Shown here: piece after piece, positions 25,946 through 34,827 of the stretch
Layout: each line of letters begins with the position of its first letter
Position numbering within the stretch: the stretch's first letter is position 1
Assembly: GCA_029012165.1 (NCBI GenBank)
Contig: JAQXLO010000065.1
Span: forward strand, 1-58,351
Reading direction: 5' to 3'
DNA length: 58,351 nt
From: Oscillospiraceae bacterium
Lineage (GTDB): Bacteria > Bacillota > Clostridia > Oscillospirales > Acutalibacteraceae
The notes under the pieces: generated by a model
Databases searched by the model: none
Seen by the model: the letters and a program-made list of their open reading frames with translations, nothing else
What the model was told of the DNA's origin: nothing
Translations under genes and position numbers: made by a program

Positions 25946-26143
25946 TTATTTCATGCCCTTTTCGTAAGCCTCGATCATCTTCTTGACCATCTGGCCACCG
26001 ACAGAACCGGCTTCCTTGGAAGTCAGGTTGCCGTTGTAACCCTGTTTCAGATTGACGCCGACCTCATTGGCAGCTTCCATCTTGAAACGGTCGAGAGCTT
26101 CTCTTGCCTCGGGAACCATATTGCTGTTACCGCTCTTTGCCAT
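25946..26143 (-). CDS. Alpha/beta-type small acid-soluble spore protein
   Basis: MAKSGNSNMVPEAREALDRFKMEAANEVGVNLKQGYNGNLTSKEAGSVGGQMVKKMIE, a classic SASP signature. Confidence 0.92.
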   Translation of the reverse strand: MAKSGNSNMVPEAREALDRFKMEAANEVGVNLKQGYNGNLTSKEAGSVGGQMVKKMIEAYEKGMK

Positions 26144-26303
26144 GATTCGTTTCACTCCTTTAAGTCAATTTGCGCTTGCAAGTGTATTGTGTGCGCCGAA
26201 TGCAAAAATACAGATGAAAAATAATGGCAGATAGGATAAATTCGGACTTGTTTTTCTGCGGCAAAAAATGTATGCTATATGTAGATTGTTGAGGTGATTC
26301 GGC

Positions 26304-26774
26304 ATGAAAAAGGAAAACAAAAAGAAAGACGAACCAAAAGAGAAAAGCGAATCCTTTTTGGACAATAAATATCAAATGCTGTATATGTGCTTGGGTATGT
26401 GCTTCGGCATGAGCATCGGGATGGCAGTGGGCAGTGCCGTGTTTGACAATCTGTCTGTCGGAATGTGCATGGGGATGTCGCTCGGCATGGCAATCGGTAT
26501 CGGCATCGGCGCATCCGTAGACCGCAAAATCGCCGAACAGGCGTTGTGTATCACGGACATTCTCGAGGAGGATTTCGGCTGTGAGGGCGTACCCGACGAT
26601 GCCGAAGTGACCGTTACGCTGGTGCTTGTCGATGTTTCCGGCAACGAATCCCGCCGCAAAATTCCCGACCGTCTCGCCGTCGAACGGGATTTACAAATCG
26701 GCGACCGTATCTATTTCAACGAAAACGGCAGTATCGAAAAGTACAAAAGGAGCGAAAACAATGAAAGACAATAA
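26304..26774 (+). CDS. Hypothetical membrane protein with Gly/Met-zipper segment
   Basis: Lys-rich N-terminus, then LGMCFGMSIGMAVGSAVF...GMCMGMSLGMAIGIGIGAS, then a soluble C-terminal region. RBS GAGGTG. It overlaps the next gene by 14 nt. Confidence 0.6.
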   Translation: MKKENKKKDEPKEKSESFLDNKYQMLYMCLGMCFGMSIGMAVGSAVFDNLSVGMCMGMSLGMAIGIGIGASVDRKIAEQALCITDILEEDFGCEGVPDDAEVTVTLVLVDVSGNESRRKIPDRLAVERDLQIGDRIYFNENGSIEKYKRSENNERQ

Positions 26775-27201
26775 AGACCTTGTCCGTGCAGTAAAATTCG
26801 TTCTGTTTTCCTGCGGTGCGGGCATCATTCAAGTGCTCGCCTTTACGCTGTTGAACGAAGTCGTCAAGCTTCCCTACTGGCCGGCGTATCTGACGGCGCT
26901 GGTGCTGTCCGTGCTGTACAACTTCACCGTCAACCGCAAATTCACCTTTAAGTCCGCCGCCAACATCCCCATCGCCATGCTCAAGGTGTTCGGCTACTAC
27001 TGCGTGTTCACCCCCGTTTCCACATGGCTGGGGGACTATTTTGCCGAATCGAAGGGCGTCAACGAATACATCGTGCTGGCCGTCACCATGGTCTGCAATC
27101 TGGCGACGGAGTTCCTTTTCTGCCGCTATGTGGTGTACCGCAACAGCATCGACACCAACGAAAGCGCACAAAAGGAAAAAACAGTCCAACAAGAGCGCTG
27201 A
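26761..27201 (+). CDS. GtrA-family membrane protein (polyprenyl-phosphate-sugar flippase-like)
   Basis: MKDNKDLVRAVKFVLFSCGAGIIQVLAFTLL...VLYNFTVNRKFTFKS...NLATEFLFCRYVVYR, four TMs and the GtrA pattern. ATG 26761 lies behind AGGAG. Confidence 0.8.
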   Translation: MKDNKDLVRAVKFVLFSCGAGIIQVLAFTLLNEVVKLPYWPAYLTALVLSVLYNFTVNRKFTFKSAANIPIAMLKVFGYYCVFTPVSTWLGDYFAESKGVNEYIVLAVTMVCNLATEFLFCRYVVYRNSIDTNESAQKEKTVQQER

Positions 27202-27228
27202 ACACAGCCTATTGGGGAGGAAGAATCT

Positions 27229-27471
27229 ATGGAAACAAAATGGAGCCGGGAAAAGGCTTGGGCGTGGTACAACGCAAGAGCGTGGATCCGAGGCTGCAAC
27301 TTCATGAGCAGTGACTGCGCCAACCGCATCGACCGGTGGCAGTCCTATGGCTTTGAAAAACAGTTCCACGACCTCTACCGCCCCAGCCTGCGTCCGTACA
27401 ATCCCAACGAGATCCGGATGATGCAAAGGATGTGTACGCTGGCGAACAAGGACTTTGCGGAAAAAGCATAG
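27229..27471 (+). pseudogene. Possible N-terminal remnant of a glycoside hydrolase
   Basis: METKWSREKAWAWYNARAWIRGCNFMSSDCANRIDRWQ resembles, from memory, the N-terminus of a cellulase-superfamily (GH5-like) enzyme family (W..EKA..WY...PW..GCNF.PS.A.N..E.WQ). The ORF ends after 80 aa with no catalytic region. Confidence 0.3.
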
Positions 27472-27482
27472 GAAGTGAGCGC

Positions 27483-28235
27483 ATGAATGATTCGGAAAAG
27501 TTAGTGGTATGCATAGGCAAGGGAGCATCCATGGATGCGGCCGCCGCCCTCGCAAAGCATATAGGGGCACCCCTGTGCGATACGCCGGGTGAGGCGCTGA
27601 CGCTGCGGATGGACGGCGACGGGCTGTCCCTGTGCGGCTATGGGATGACCTTTCGCGGCGATTTTACGCAGATGCTGCACCGCATTACGCACGGTCGTTT
27701 GCCGCACGAAATGCTTGCCCGCCTGTCCAAAACCCATGTGCCCCACCCCACAGCGGTGGATGCCACCGCCGGCATGGGTGAGGACAGCCTGCTGCTGGCG
27801 GCGTGCGGATATGAGGTCACGCTGTATGAGCAGAACCCCGTCATTGCCGCACTGTTGCAGGACGCACTGCACCGTGCCAAAAGTCATCCCGTCCTGCGCC
27901 CCATCGTGGAGCGGATGCATCCCGTGGAGGGCGACAGCACCCTGTGGATGCCGAAGATGTCCGATGCGCCCACCCTCGTCTATCTCGACCCCATGTTCCC
28001 TGCCCGGCAGAAATCAGGGCTGATCCACAAAAAGCTCCAGCTGATTCAAAAGCTGGAACAGCCCTGCGCCGAGGAATCCGCCCTTTTGGAAGCGGCACTG
28101 GTCGCACATCCGCAAAAAATTCTCATCAAGCGCCCGCTGAAAGGCGCCCCGCTTGCGGGCAAAACGCCCCATTACACAGTCAAGGGCAAGGCGATCCGCT
28201 ACGACTGTTTTCACTTTCCCGCCGAATACGGTTGA
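27483..28235 (+). CDS. Class I SAM-dependent methyltransferase, RsmJ/DUF548-like
   Basis: VDATAGMGEDSLLLAACGYEVTLYEQNPVIAALLQDALHRA...LVYLDPMFP matches the RsmJ-type pattern as I recall it. Confidence 0.7.
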   Translation: MNDSEKLVVCIGKGASMDAAAALAKHIGAPLCDTPGEALTLRMDGDGLSLCGYGMTFRGDFTQMLHRITHGRLPHEMLARLSKTHVPHPTAVDATAGMGEDSLLLAACGYEVTLYEQNPVIAALLQDALHRAKSHPVLRPIVERMHPVEGDSTLWMPKMSDAPTLVYLDPMFPARQKSGLIHKKLQLIQKLEQPCAEESALLEAALVAHPQKILIKRPLKGAPLAGKTPHYTVKGKAIRYDCFHFPAEYG

Positions 28236-28321
28236 CAAGCGGCGCACAATATTATACAATACGACTATAATCGACAGCGCACGTTTTTCGTGTGCTGTCC
28301 ATGAAGAAAGGATCGTGCATC

Positions 28322-28627
28322 ATGAAAAAAATTCTCTGCATTTTTCTCGCTCTGCTTTTGCTCTTTTCCCTGAGTGTGCCTGTGTGCGCAGAAGATGCGG
28401 GCAATACGGGCAGCGAAAGCGAAACCTCCCAGTCCGCTCTGGACACCTCCAGTTTCGGCGCATTTCTGGTTTCTCTGATTAAAGTGATCGTCAACAACCT
28501 CAAAACCGTTTCCGCAGAGGATCTGCTCAAACTCCCGGCGAATGCCATGGCGGACATCACCACCGCCATTTTCCAAGTGCTTCGCCTGCTCGGCAGCCTC
28601 TTCGGCGCCATTGGCGGCGCCGCCTGA
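28322..28627 (+). CDS. Small secreted protein: signal peptide + amphipathic helices (tail-only family member)
   Basis: MKKILCIFLALLLLFSLSVPVCAEDAGNTG..., then SSFGAFLVSLIKVIVNNLKTV...ITTAIFQVLRLLGSLFGAIGGAA. Confidence 0.65.
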   Translation: MKKILCIFLALLLLFSLSVPVCAEDAGNTGSESETSQSALDTSSFGAFLVSLIKVIVNNLKTVSAEDLLKLPANAMADITTAIFQVLRLLGSLFGAIGGAA

Positions 28628-28645
28628 TCTCCCCCGGCAAAAATG

Positions 28646-28685
28646 AACCGCCACAGTCGATGATGTTTCGACTGCGGCGGTTTTC
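28646..28685. terminator. Bidirectional terminator between convergent genes
   Basis: CCGCCACAGTCGA-tgatgtt-TCGACTGCGGCGG followed by TTTT. Confidence 0.8.
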
Positions 28686-28692
28686 TATGCTG

Positions 28693-28923
28693 TCAGGAAA
28701 TCTTTTCCTCGAGAAATGTGCAGATATCCTTTACGGTTTTAAACTGCAATTCGCCCTCAAACTGAATGCCAAAGCGTTCCTCGATCAGGATGGCAACCAT
28801 CATCATCCCGAGGGAATCCAGCCCCAGATCCTTTTTCAGGGAGCTTTTCTCGGTGATGGCATCCAGATCGGTTTCCGGGAAAGCGCTTTGGATAATTTTT
28901 TTCAGCTCTTCAAAAACATTCAT
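28693..28923 (-). CDS. Acyl carrier protein
   Basis: 76 aa with KKDLGLDSLGMMMVAILIEERFGI (a DSL phosphopantetheine-attachment motif). Confidence 0.88.
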   Translation of the reverse strand: MNVFEELKKIIQSAFPETDLDAITEKSSLKKDLGLDSLGMMMVAILIEERFGIQFEGELQFKTVKDICTFLEEKIS

Positions 28924-28925
28924 CT

Positions 28926-30434
28926 TCACACCCCCTGATTTCTGGCAACCTTCATGGCGTTGGTGCGCTTAAAATCTTCTTTCCGAACGATGGTTTTGGC
29001 GATCTGCTTGTAGGACGGCAGCTGGGCATTCACTTCGTCCGTGATGTTTTGGAACAGCGCCTGTGTTTCTGCATCGCTTTTCTCGCCGACTGCGGCTTTC
29101 AGCGGAAGGATTTCGACGGCGATCACCTGTTTGCCGTTTACCGTGTCCTGCCGGACAAGGCAGTCCTTCACCGCATCGTACTTGTAGAAGTATTTTTCCA
29201 GCTCCTCGGGGGAAATATTTTCTCCGTTGCCCAGAACGATGATGTTTTTGATTCTGCCCGTAATATAGATATACCCGTCCTCGTCAAAGCGAACCAGATC
29301 GCCCGTTTTCAGCCAGCCCTCCTCGTCAAAGGCCGCAGCCGTCTCCGCTTTATCCCCCCAATAGCCGAGCATGAGGTTGTCGCCCTTGATGCGCAGTTCT
29401 CCGTCCACCACCTTTGTCTGCTGTTCGGGATAGACCATCCCCATCGACTCCGGCTTGCGGAGCACCTCCTTGTTGCCGGAGGTCAGGTTTGCGCCCTCCG
29501 TCAAGCCGTATCCGGCGACAACCCCAATGCCCAGGGCATCAATTTCGTGCATCAGGCGCGGCGGCACGGGCGCCGCACCGATCACCAGCATCTTCAAGCT
29601 TTCCGAGAACCCTTTCCCCTTCAGCTTCGTCAGCGTGACCAGAATCTCCGCCATTTCCGGGACGATCACCAGCACATTGGGCTTGTAGACGGGGATCTGC
29701 GTAAAGGCCGCTTTGACGTCCCGGCACTGGAAAATCAGTCCGCCGGTATACAGGCAGGAGAGAAACCCTCTGACCAACCCGAAGATATGCGACAGCGGCA
29801 GGATGGCGATGTACCGCTGATACAGGGTCTCCCCCGGCGTGAAACAGCCGTTAAAGGCGCCGCGCATGATGGCGCCGTGTGTCATGACGGCGCCCTTGGG
29901 CACGCCTGTCGTCCCACCGGTAAGGCAGATGGAGCAAACCGTATCCTTGGTGAGCTCTGCGGGTTCTGCCGGTTCGGCATCGGGATAGACGGTGGAAACC
30001 TTTTGTCCCGGCGCAGTCTGCGCCGTTTCCCGAAGAGCTTCGTCATAGAACAAACAGTTCACTTGGAACTTTTGGCACAATGCAGACAGTGTGTTACCGT
30101 CCAGCGCCGCCGGCAGCATCACGCTGACATAGCCGCCCGTCACAATGGCAAGGTACAACTCCATGGCCTCCATCGTGTTGGGAGAAAATACCGCAACCCT
30201 GTCCCCCTGCCGCAGTCCCAGCGCACGGAGATGTCCCCGCCGCACCGCCACTCTTTCGCAAAGGGCACGGTATGTATAGCGGACGGTACCGTCAGACACC
30301 GCCGGTCGTTCGGCATACTGTGCGCACGCAAACGCCAGCAAACCATTTACCGTCGGGATGTAGTTCAAAAGCTCTTTTTCCTCCTGGGTAAACATCGCAT
30401 AGAAATACTCTTTTTGTTTTTGCAGCCTATCCAT
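28926..30434 (-). CDS. AMP-dependent acyl-CoA/acyl-ACP synthetase (ANL superfamily)
   Basis: LTGGTTGVPKGAVMTH, GYGLTEG and TGDLVRFDEDGYIYITGRIKNIIVLGNGENISPEELE. Start at ATG 30434 (MDRLQKQKEYF). Confidence 0.88.
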   Translation of the reverse strand: MDRLQKQKEYFYAMFTQEEKELLNYIPTVNGLLAFACAQYAERPAVSDGTVRYTYRALCERVAVRRGHLRALGLRQGDRVAVFSPNTMEAMELYLAIVTGGYVSVMLPAALDGNTLSALCQKFQVNCLFYDEALRETAQTAPGQKVSTVYPDAEPAEPAELTKDTVCSICLTGGTTGVPKGAVMTHGAIMRGAFNGCFTPGETLYQRYIAILPLSHIFGLVRGFLSCLYTGGLIFQCRDVKAAFTQIPVYKPNVLVIVPEMAEILVTLTKLKGKGFSESLKMLVIGAAPVPPRLMHEIDALGIGVVAGYGLTEGANLTSGNKEVLRKPESMGMVYPEQQTKVVDGELRIKGDNLMLGYWGDKAETAAAFDEEGWLKTGDLVRFDEDGYIYITGRIKNIIVLGNGENISPEELEKYFYKYDAVKDCLVRQDTVNGKQVIAVEILPLKAAVGEKSDAETQALFQNITDEVNAQLPSYKQIAKTIVRKEDFKRTNAMKVARNQGV

Positions 30435-30438
30435 TTTC

Positions 30439-31110
30439 TCACACCTCAACAAACTGTTTTGTATTTTGACTGTTGTCCGGGCAGATCTCCTCGTACATCT
30501 CGCCCACGATTTGCCGGAACCGGGCAACCTCCGCCTGCATCGCTTCCGACGTAAATGTGCCGCATTGCAGCGGCATCGGTCTGCCGATCTTGATTTTCAG
30601 TTTCCCGCGGGTGAAAGGCTTGTACACGCCGTTGATGGCCACGGGCAAGACCGGAACATTCGCCATTTTGGCCAGCAGGACAAAGCCCGGCTTGAATTGG
30701 TCGATGGTTTTCTCCTTGAGCGTCGTCCCCTCCGGGAACAATATGACGGAGCTTCCCTCCCGGATGCGGGCAACGCAGGTGTGCACCCAGTCGATGGATG
30801 CGGATTTTCGGTCAATCGGGATGCAGCCGCATCCCCCGGCGGCCAACCTAAGGAGCGGTTTTTCCAAAATGTCCTTGGCCACGATGGAGCATACGTCCTG
30901 CTGTTGAAAGACATATCTCAAAATCAGCCCGTCGGACGAGGCCAAATAATTATCCTTTGTCCGCTGGGTATGATTACAGATAATGACGCAGGGCTCCCCT
31001 GCAATGTGCCGCAGTACGTTTTCATCCTCAAAAAGGATCTCCGGCTTGTAGCAGGCGTCCACGGCATTGGACAAAACAGAAAGCTTCCATTTACTTGTTT
31101 CCATTTTCAT
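30439..31110 (-). CDS. PlsC/LPLAT-family lysophospholipid acyltransferase
   Basis: VIICNHTQRTKDNYL (H-block) and SVILFPEGTTLKEK (FPEGT block). It is the first gene of the acyltransferase-ligase-ACP operon. Confidence 0.75.
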   Translation of the reverse strand: MKMETSKWKLSVLSNAVDACYKPEILFEDENVLRHIAGEPCVIICNHTQRTKDNYLASSDGLILRYVFQQQDVCSIVAKDILEKPLLRLAAGGCGCIPIDRKSASIDWVHTCVARIREGSSVILFPEGTTLKEKTIDQFKPGFVLLAKMANVPVLPVAINGVYKPFTRGKLKIKIGRPMPLQCGTFTSEAMQAEVARFRQIVGEMYEEICPDNSQNTKQFVEV

Positions 31111-31247
31111 CACCGTAATACAGGATAAAACAGCTTTATAAACTTTTGATAAACTTTTGTGATTTGTCCTTAAATTAACACTTTGTTTATATTTGTGTGG
31201 TTTAATGGTGTAAACAGATGTATTTTGACGAGAGGTGACGCAGAATT

Positions 31248-31919
31248 ATGTTCAATATCCTTGTGGTGGATGACGACAAAAAGATGAACGAAATCTACTG
31301 CTCCGTGCTGTCGTACAACGCTTTCCATCCCTTTCCCGCCTTTGACGGACAGCAGGCGCTGGATATCGTGGCAGAAAACCAGATAGATCTGGTGATCTCG
31401 GATATCATGATGCCGGGCATGGACGGGTATGCGCTGACCGAACAACTCCGGGCAGATTATCCCGAAATGCCGATTCTCATAATCTCGGCAAAGGAGAAAT
31501 TTGAGGACAAGCAAAGGGGTTTTATGATGGGGACGGACGACTACATGGTCAAACCTGTCAACTTGAACGAAATGATCCTGCGGGTCAACGCGCTTCTGCG
31601 CAGGGCAAAAATCGTCCACGAACGCAAGCTTGTGGTGGGTGGCACCATCCTGAACTTCGACACCTACACCGTGTGCTTCGACGGGAAAGAGATTCTTGTT
31701 CCGCAAAAAGAATTTCTGGTGCTGTACAAGCTGATCTCCTACCCCTCGCAAACATTTACCCGCCGTCAGCTAATGGATGAATTTTGGGGATATGATACGG
31801 ATTCTGAGGAGCGCACCGTTGATGTGCACATCAACCGCCTGCGCGAACGCATCAAGGACTGCAAGGACATCAAAATCGAAACCATCCGGGGACTCGGTTA
31901 CAGAGGGGTGAAGCTATGA
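31248..31919 (+). CDS. OmpR-family response regulator
   Basis: ILVVDDD...DLVISDIMMPGMDG receiver domain plus a winged-helix C-terminus (VDVHINRLRERI...IETIRGLGYR). Confidence 0.92.
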   Translation: MFNILVVDDDKKMNEIYCSVLSYNAFHPFPAFDGQQALDIVAENQIDLVISDIMMPGMDGYALTEQLRADYPEMPILIISAKEKFEDKQRGFMMGTDDYMVKPVNLNEMILRVNALLRRAKIVHERKLVVGGTILNFDTYTVCFDGKEILVPQKEFLVLYKLISYPSQTFTRRQLMDEFWGYDTDSEERTVDVHINRLRERIKDCKDIKIETIRGLGYRGVKL

Positions 31920-32965
31920 AACTGAAATCCAAAAAAATGCAAAGAATATACAGGCAGGCTCTTTTTCTCGTGTTCTTCACCTTTGGCACTTCTATCCTGC
32001 TTTTCCTTTTGATTCTCTTCTTAATTTTCCGAAACAGAATATTTGAGGAGAATTTCATTAGTGACAATACACGTCTGATCTTGGTCTGCTGTTTCATCTC
32101 CCTGCTGATCGTCAGCCAAGGCATCGCCTTGCTTTGGAGCAAGCGAATCATCAAGCCCGCCAACATCATCACGCAGGCGATCAACAACGTGGCGCAGGGC
32201 AACTTTGACGTGGAGATCGACACCTCCGATTTCAATGATGATCTGAAGGTCGTGGGCGAGGTCGTCAACAAAATGATTTGCGAGCTGAAAAGCATGGAGG
32301 TCATGCGGGAGGATTTTGTGTCCAACGTGTCCCACGAATTTCGCGCACCCCTGTCCGCCATTCAGGGGTACGTCACCCTCTTGAGCAGCCCTGTTCTCTC
32401 GACGTCGGAAAAGGAAGCGTATTTCGACCTGCTGACCCAATCGACCCATCAGCTTTCCGACCTCGTGGACAATGTGCTCAAGCTGTCCCGTCTGGATTCG
32501 CAGAACATCATTCAGCAATCCGAAAAGTTCCGTCTGGACGAGCAGATACGATGTGCCATTCTCCTGTATGAAAAGCAGTGGTCTGAAAAAAATCTGGAAC
32601 TGGAATTGGAACTCCCGGTGTGTGCATACGTCGGCAACGAGAAAATGCTGAATCAAATCTGGGTCAACCTCATCGGCAATGCCGTCAAATTTACCGACAA
32701 CGGCGGCAAGATCAGCGTCCGCATAGACACTTCACCGGCAGACGCCGTCATCGTCACCATATCCGATACGGGAATCGGCATGAGCGACGACGTACAAAAG
32801 CACATCTTTGAGCGGTTCTATCAGGGAGACACGTCCAGAAAATCCCACGGAAACGGATTGGGACTGGCTATTGTCAAAAAGATCGCAGACCTCATTGACT
32901 GCGAAATTTCCGTGAACAGCACATTGGGCGTCGGCAGCACCTTCACGGTAACTTTGAAGCAATAA
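31916..32965 (+). CDS. Sensor histidine kinase (2 TM, HAMP, HisKA, HATPase_c)
   Basis: FVSNVSHEFRAPLSAI H-box and NLIGNAVKFT...DTGIGM...GLGLAIV N/G boxes. It overlaps the RR stop by 4 nt. Confidence 0.92.
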   Translation: MKLKSKKMQRIYRQALFLVFFTFGTSILLFLLILFLIFRNRIFEENFISDNTRLILVCCFISLLIVSQGIALLWSKRIIKPANIITQAINNVAQGNFDVEIDTSDFNDDLKVVGEVVNKMICELKSMEVMREDFVSNVSHEFRAPLSAIQGYVTLLSSPVLSTSEKEAYFDLLTQSTHQLSDLVDNVLKLSRLDSQNIIQQSEKFRLDEQIRCAILLYEKQWSEKNLELELELPVCAYVGNEKMLNQIWVNLIGNAVKFTDNGGKISVRIDTSPADAVIVTISDTGIGMSDDVQKHIFERFYQGDTSRKSHGNGLGLAIVKKIADLIDCEISVNSTLGVGSTFTVTLKQ

Positions 32966-33071
32966 TCGGCGCAGCCTTGAGCGCACCGTTTACCCCCGTT
33001 TTTGCATCGCCCATTGACAAATGGAGTATATGCTACTATAATGGAAACAAAAAAGGAGATTTCGTTTCCTC

Positions 33072-33551
33072 ATGCGAGAAAAAATTATCGAAGCGTCCAT
33101 CGAAGCGCTGAAAAAAGAGGGCTTGAAATTTTCGGTAGATACCTTAGCCGACGGCTTGAAAATCTCGAAAAAAACCGTGTACAAATTTTTCCCGGATAAG
33201 CAGGCGCTGGCTTTGGCGCTGTATGAGAAATACTATTCCGATACCCTTGGCAAGGTCAAGGCGCTGGTTCGCAGGGATGCGGTCTGCAAGGAAGCCTTAC
33301 TGCTTCTTTATTTCGACGCAAAAATGATGACCCGCAAGGAGATTTTCAACAAGTATGCACTCCACGAAGCCGTCTATGCATTCACCGCACGGCAAAATGA
33401 TACCCTCTGGTCGGCCATTTCTGTATCTTGGGATGGGAGCGCAGAGGACAAGCAAACCCTCCGTCTCATCGTGGACGGCACTTTTGAAAAGCTCTGCACG
33501 CAGGGCGTCTCTCCGAATGACGTGATAAAAAGGTTGGTCGATTGGATATGA
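33072..33551 (+). CDS. TetR-family transcriptional regulator
   Basis: N-terminal HTH IIEASIEALKKEGLKFSVDTLADGLKISKKTVYKFFPDK. Confidence 0.85.
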   Translation: MREKIIEASIEALKKEGLKFSVDTLADGLKISKKTVYKFFPDKQALALALYEKYYSDTLGKVKALVRRDAVCKEALLLLYFDAKMMTRKEIFNKYALHEAVYAFTARQNDTLWSAISVSWDGSAEDKQTLRLIVDGTFEKLCTQGVSPNDVIKRLVDWI

Positions 33552-33641
33552 TTCTCGGTATCAACGAAGTGATCGCCGTCATCCTTGCGAAGTACGCTTT
33601 TCAATGGGCAGGCGAGATTCCGAAATAATAGAAAGAAGAAA

Positions 33642-34016
33642 CGTTCTTCACGGAAAATTGTGGGATCTGTGCTTCGCACCGGGGAACCCCCGGCGAGGGT
33701 TCCCCACGCCAAAACAGTCCACCGGACTGTTTTGGCTCCCCTCCTGCGCATTTCTGTTGTCAGGGCAATACCGCACAGATTGGGGTATGCGGATTGCGAA
33801 GTAAGATTTTTTGTCAGGTTGCACAGAAAGACCGCCGACTTGCTGACGCAAGTCAAGGGATTTTTGTGTAAACTGACGGAATAAGATTCAAGCAAGGCGT
33901 GTGCCGCAATTTGTGTGGTGTTGCCCAAGATTTCGCCGACTGCGGTCGGCGACCAAAGGCGCCGCCTTTGGAATCCGCAAGCCTTTAAAAAGGCTTGACC
34001 GAAACGTTTAATCCCA
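33642..34016 (+). mobile_element. MITE-like structured repeat, copy 3 (expanded interior, degenerate right end)
   Basis: The left TIR and first hairpin block are intact. About 180 bp of unique sequence (33745-33925) sits between the two conserved hairpin blocks. The right end stops at AATCCCATTAAAAT without the CCGTGATGAACC terminus. I see no clear TSD. Confidence 0.7.
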
Positions 34017-34023
34017 TTAAAAT

Positions 34024-34050
34024 AGGGAGCCTCTCAAAAGCAGAGGTTCC
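34024..34050. terminator. Hairpin terminator downstream of the S24-peptidase operon
   Basis: GGGAGCCTCT-caaaagc-AGAGGTTCCC with T/A-rich flanks. Confidence 0.55.
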
Positions 34051-34097
34051 CTTTCTGATTTATGAAGCAGGATACATTTTTGGGATGGGTTTTCCGT

Positions 34098-34571
34098 TTA
34101 TTTTTTTTGAATTTTACGCACCAAGGGCGCCAAAAAGCGGACATACTGGGGATAGATATGCAAGCGGAAAAGACGCACCAAGGGCAGTCCTGACTGATAA
34201 AGCTTGTAGCCGAAGGATCGACAGTCAATGACCTTGCCCTCCTTGCGGCGCACACGGACGAGCCTCGCCAAAATCCATTCCGGCTGTACGCCATATTCCA
34301 CATCCCTTTGGTTGTCGCCACGCAGGACAAAGCCGTCCTTGCGCTTTCCGATCACCCGGTGCAGCACAAATTCGCCGTCCGGCCGACGATAAAAAATCAC
34401 GTCGCCCCGCTGAATCGGTCTGTCCGGCTTGCGCAGGGTAGCCGTGTCCATTTTATTGCGCAGCAACGGCAGCATACTGAATCCGCTGGTCACAAACGAG
34501 ACCTCGCCCCCGTTTTGCAAAACAAGCTGCATCGCCTCGGAGACCTGGTACAAGTGCACCTTTTTAGGCAA
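34098..34571 (-). CDS. S24/S26-family Ser-Lys peptidase (no N-terminal membrane anchor)
   Basis: SGFSMLPLL...RGDVIFYRRPDGEFVLHRVIGKRKDGFVLRGDNQ. TTG 34571 lies 9 nt after AAGGAG and overlaps the PqqD-like stop by 8 nt. Confidence 0.8.
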   Translation of the reverse strand: MPKKVHLYQVSEAMQLVLQNGGEVSFVTSGFSMLPLLRNKMDTATLRKPDRPIQRGDVIFYRRPDGEFVLHRVIGKRKDGFVLRGDNQRDVEYGVQPEWILARLVRVRRKEGKVIDCRSFGYKLYQSGLPLVRLFRLHIYPQYVRFLAPLVRKIQKK

Positions 34572-34827
34572 GGAAACCCGCTCCTTTTAGCTTTTGCAGA
34601 AACTCGTCAACGTCCGCCTGCGCCGTCGCACGGTCGATGGCATATTCCTTCGTCATGGCATCGACCACCGCATCCGGCGTCGTCTCCTCGAGCAGATGGT
34701 TCCAAACAAACTCCCCTGTCTCGTTCAGCGTCGTCAAACCTGAAAGCTGCATGGAGACATCACCCGTTGCAAGGACGATACTGCTGTCTCCCACCTTGCA
34801 AAGCTGATAGCCGTCTTTTATCCTCAT
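34564..34827 (-). CDS. PqqD-family protein (RiPP recognition element-type peptide chaperone)
   Basis: 87 aa: ...SIVLATGDVSMQLSGLTTLNETGEFVWNHLLEETTPDAVVDAMTKEYAIDRATAQADVDEFLQKLKGAGFL. Length and pattern are those of PqqD/RRE proteins. ATGA overlap with the upstream kinase-like gene. Confidence 0.8.
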   Translation of the reverse strand: MRIKDGYQLCKVGDSSIVLATGDVSMQLSGLTTLNETGEFVWNHLLEETTPDAVVDAMTKEYAIDRATAQADVDEFLQKLKGAGFLA

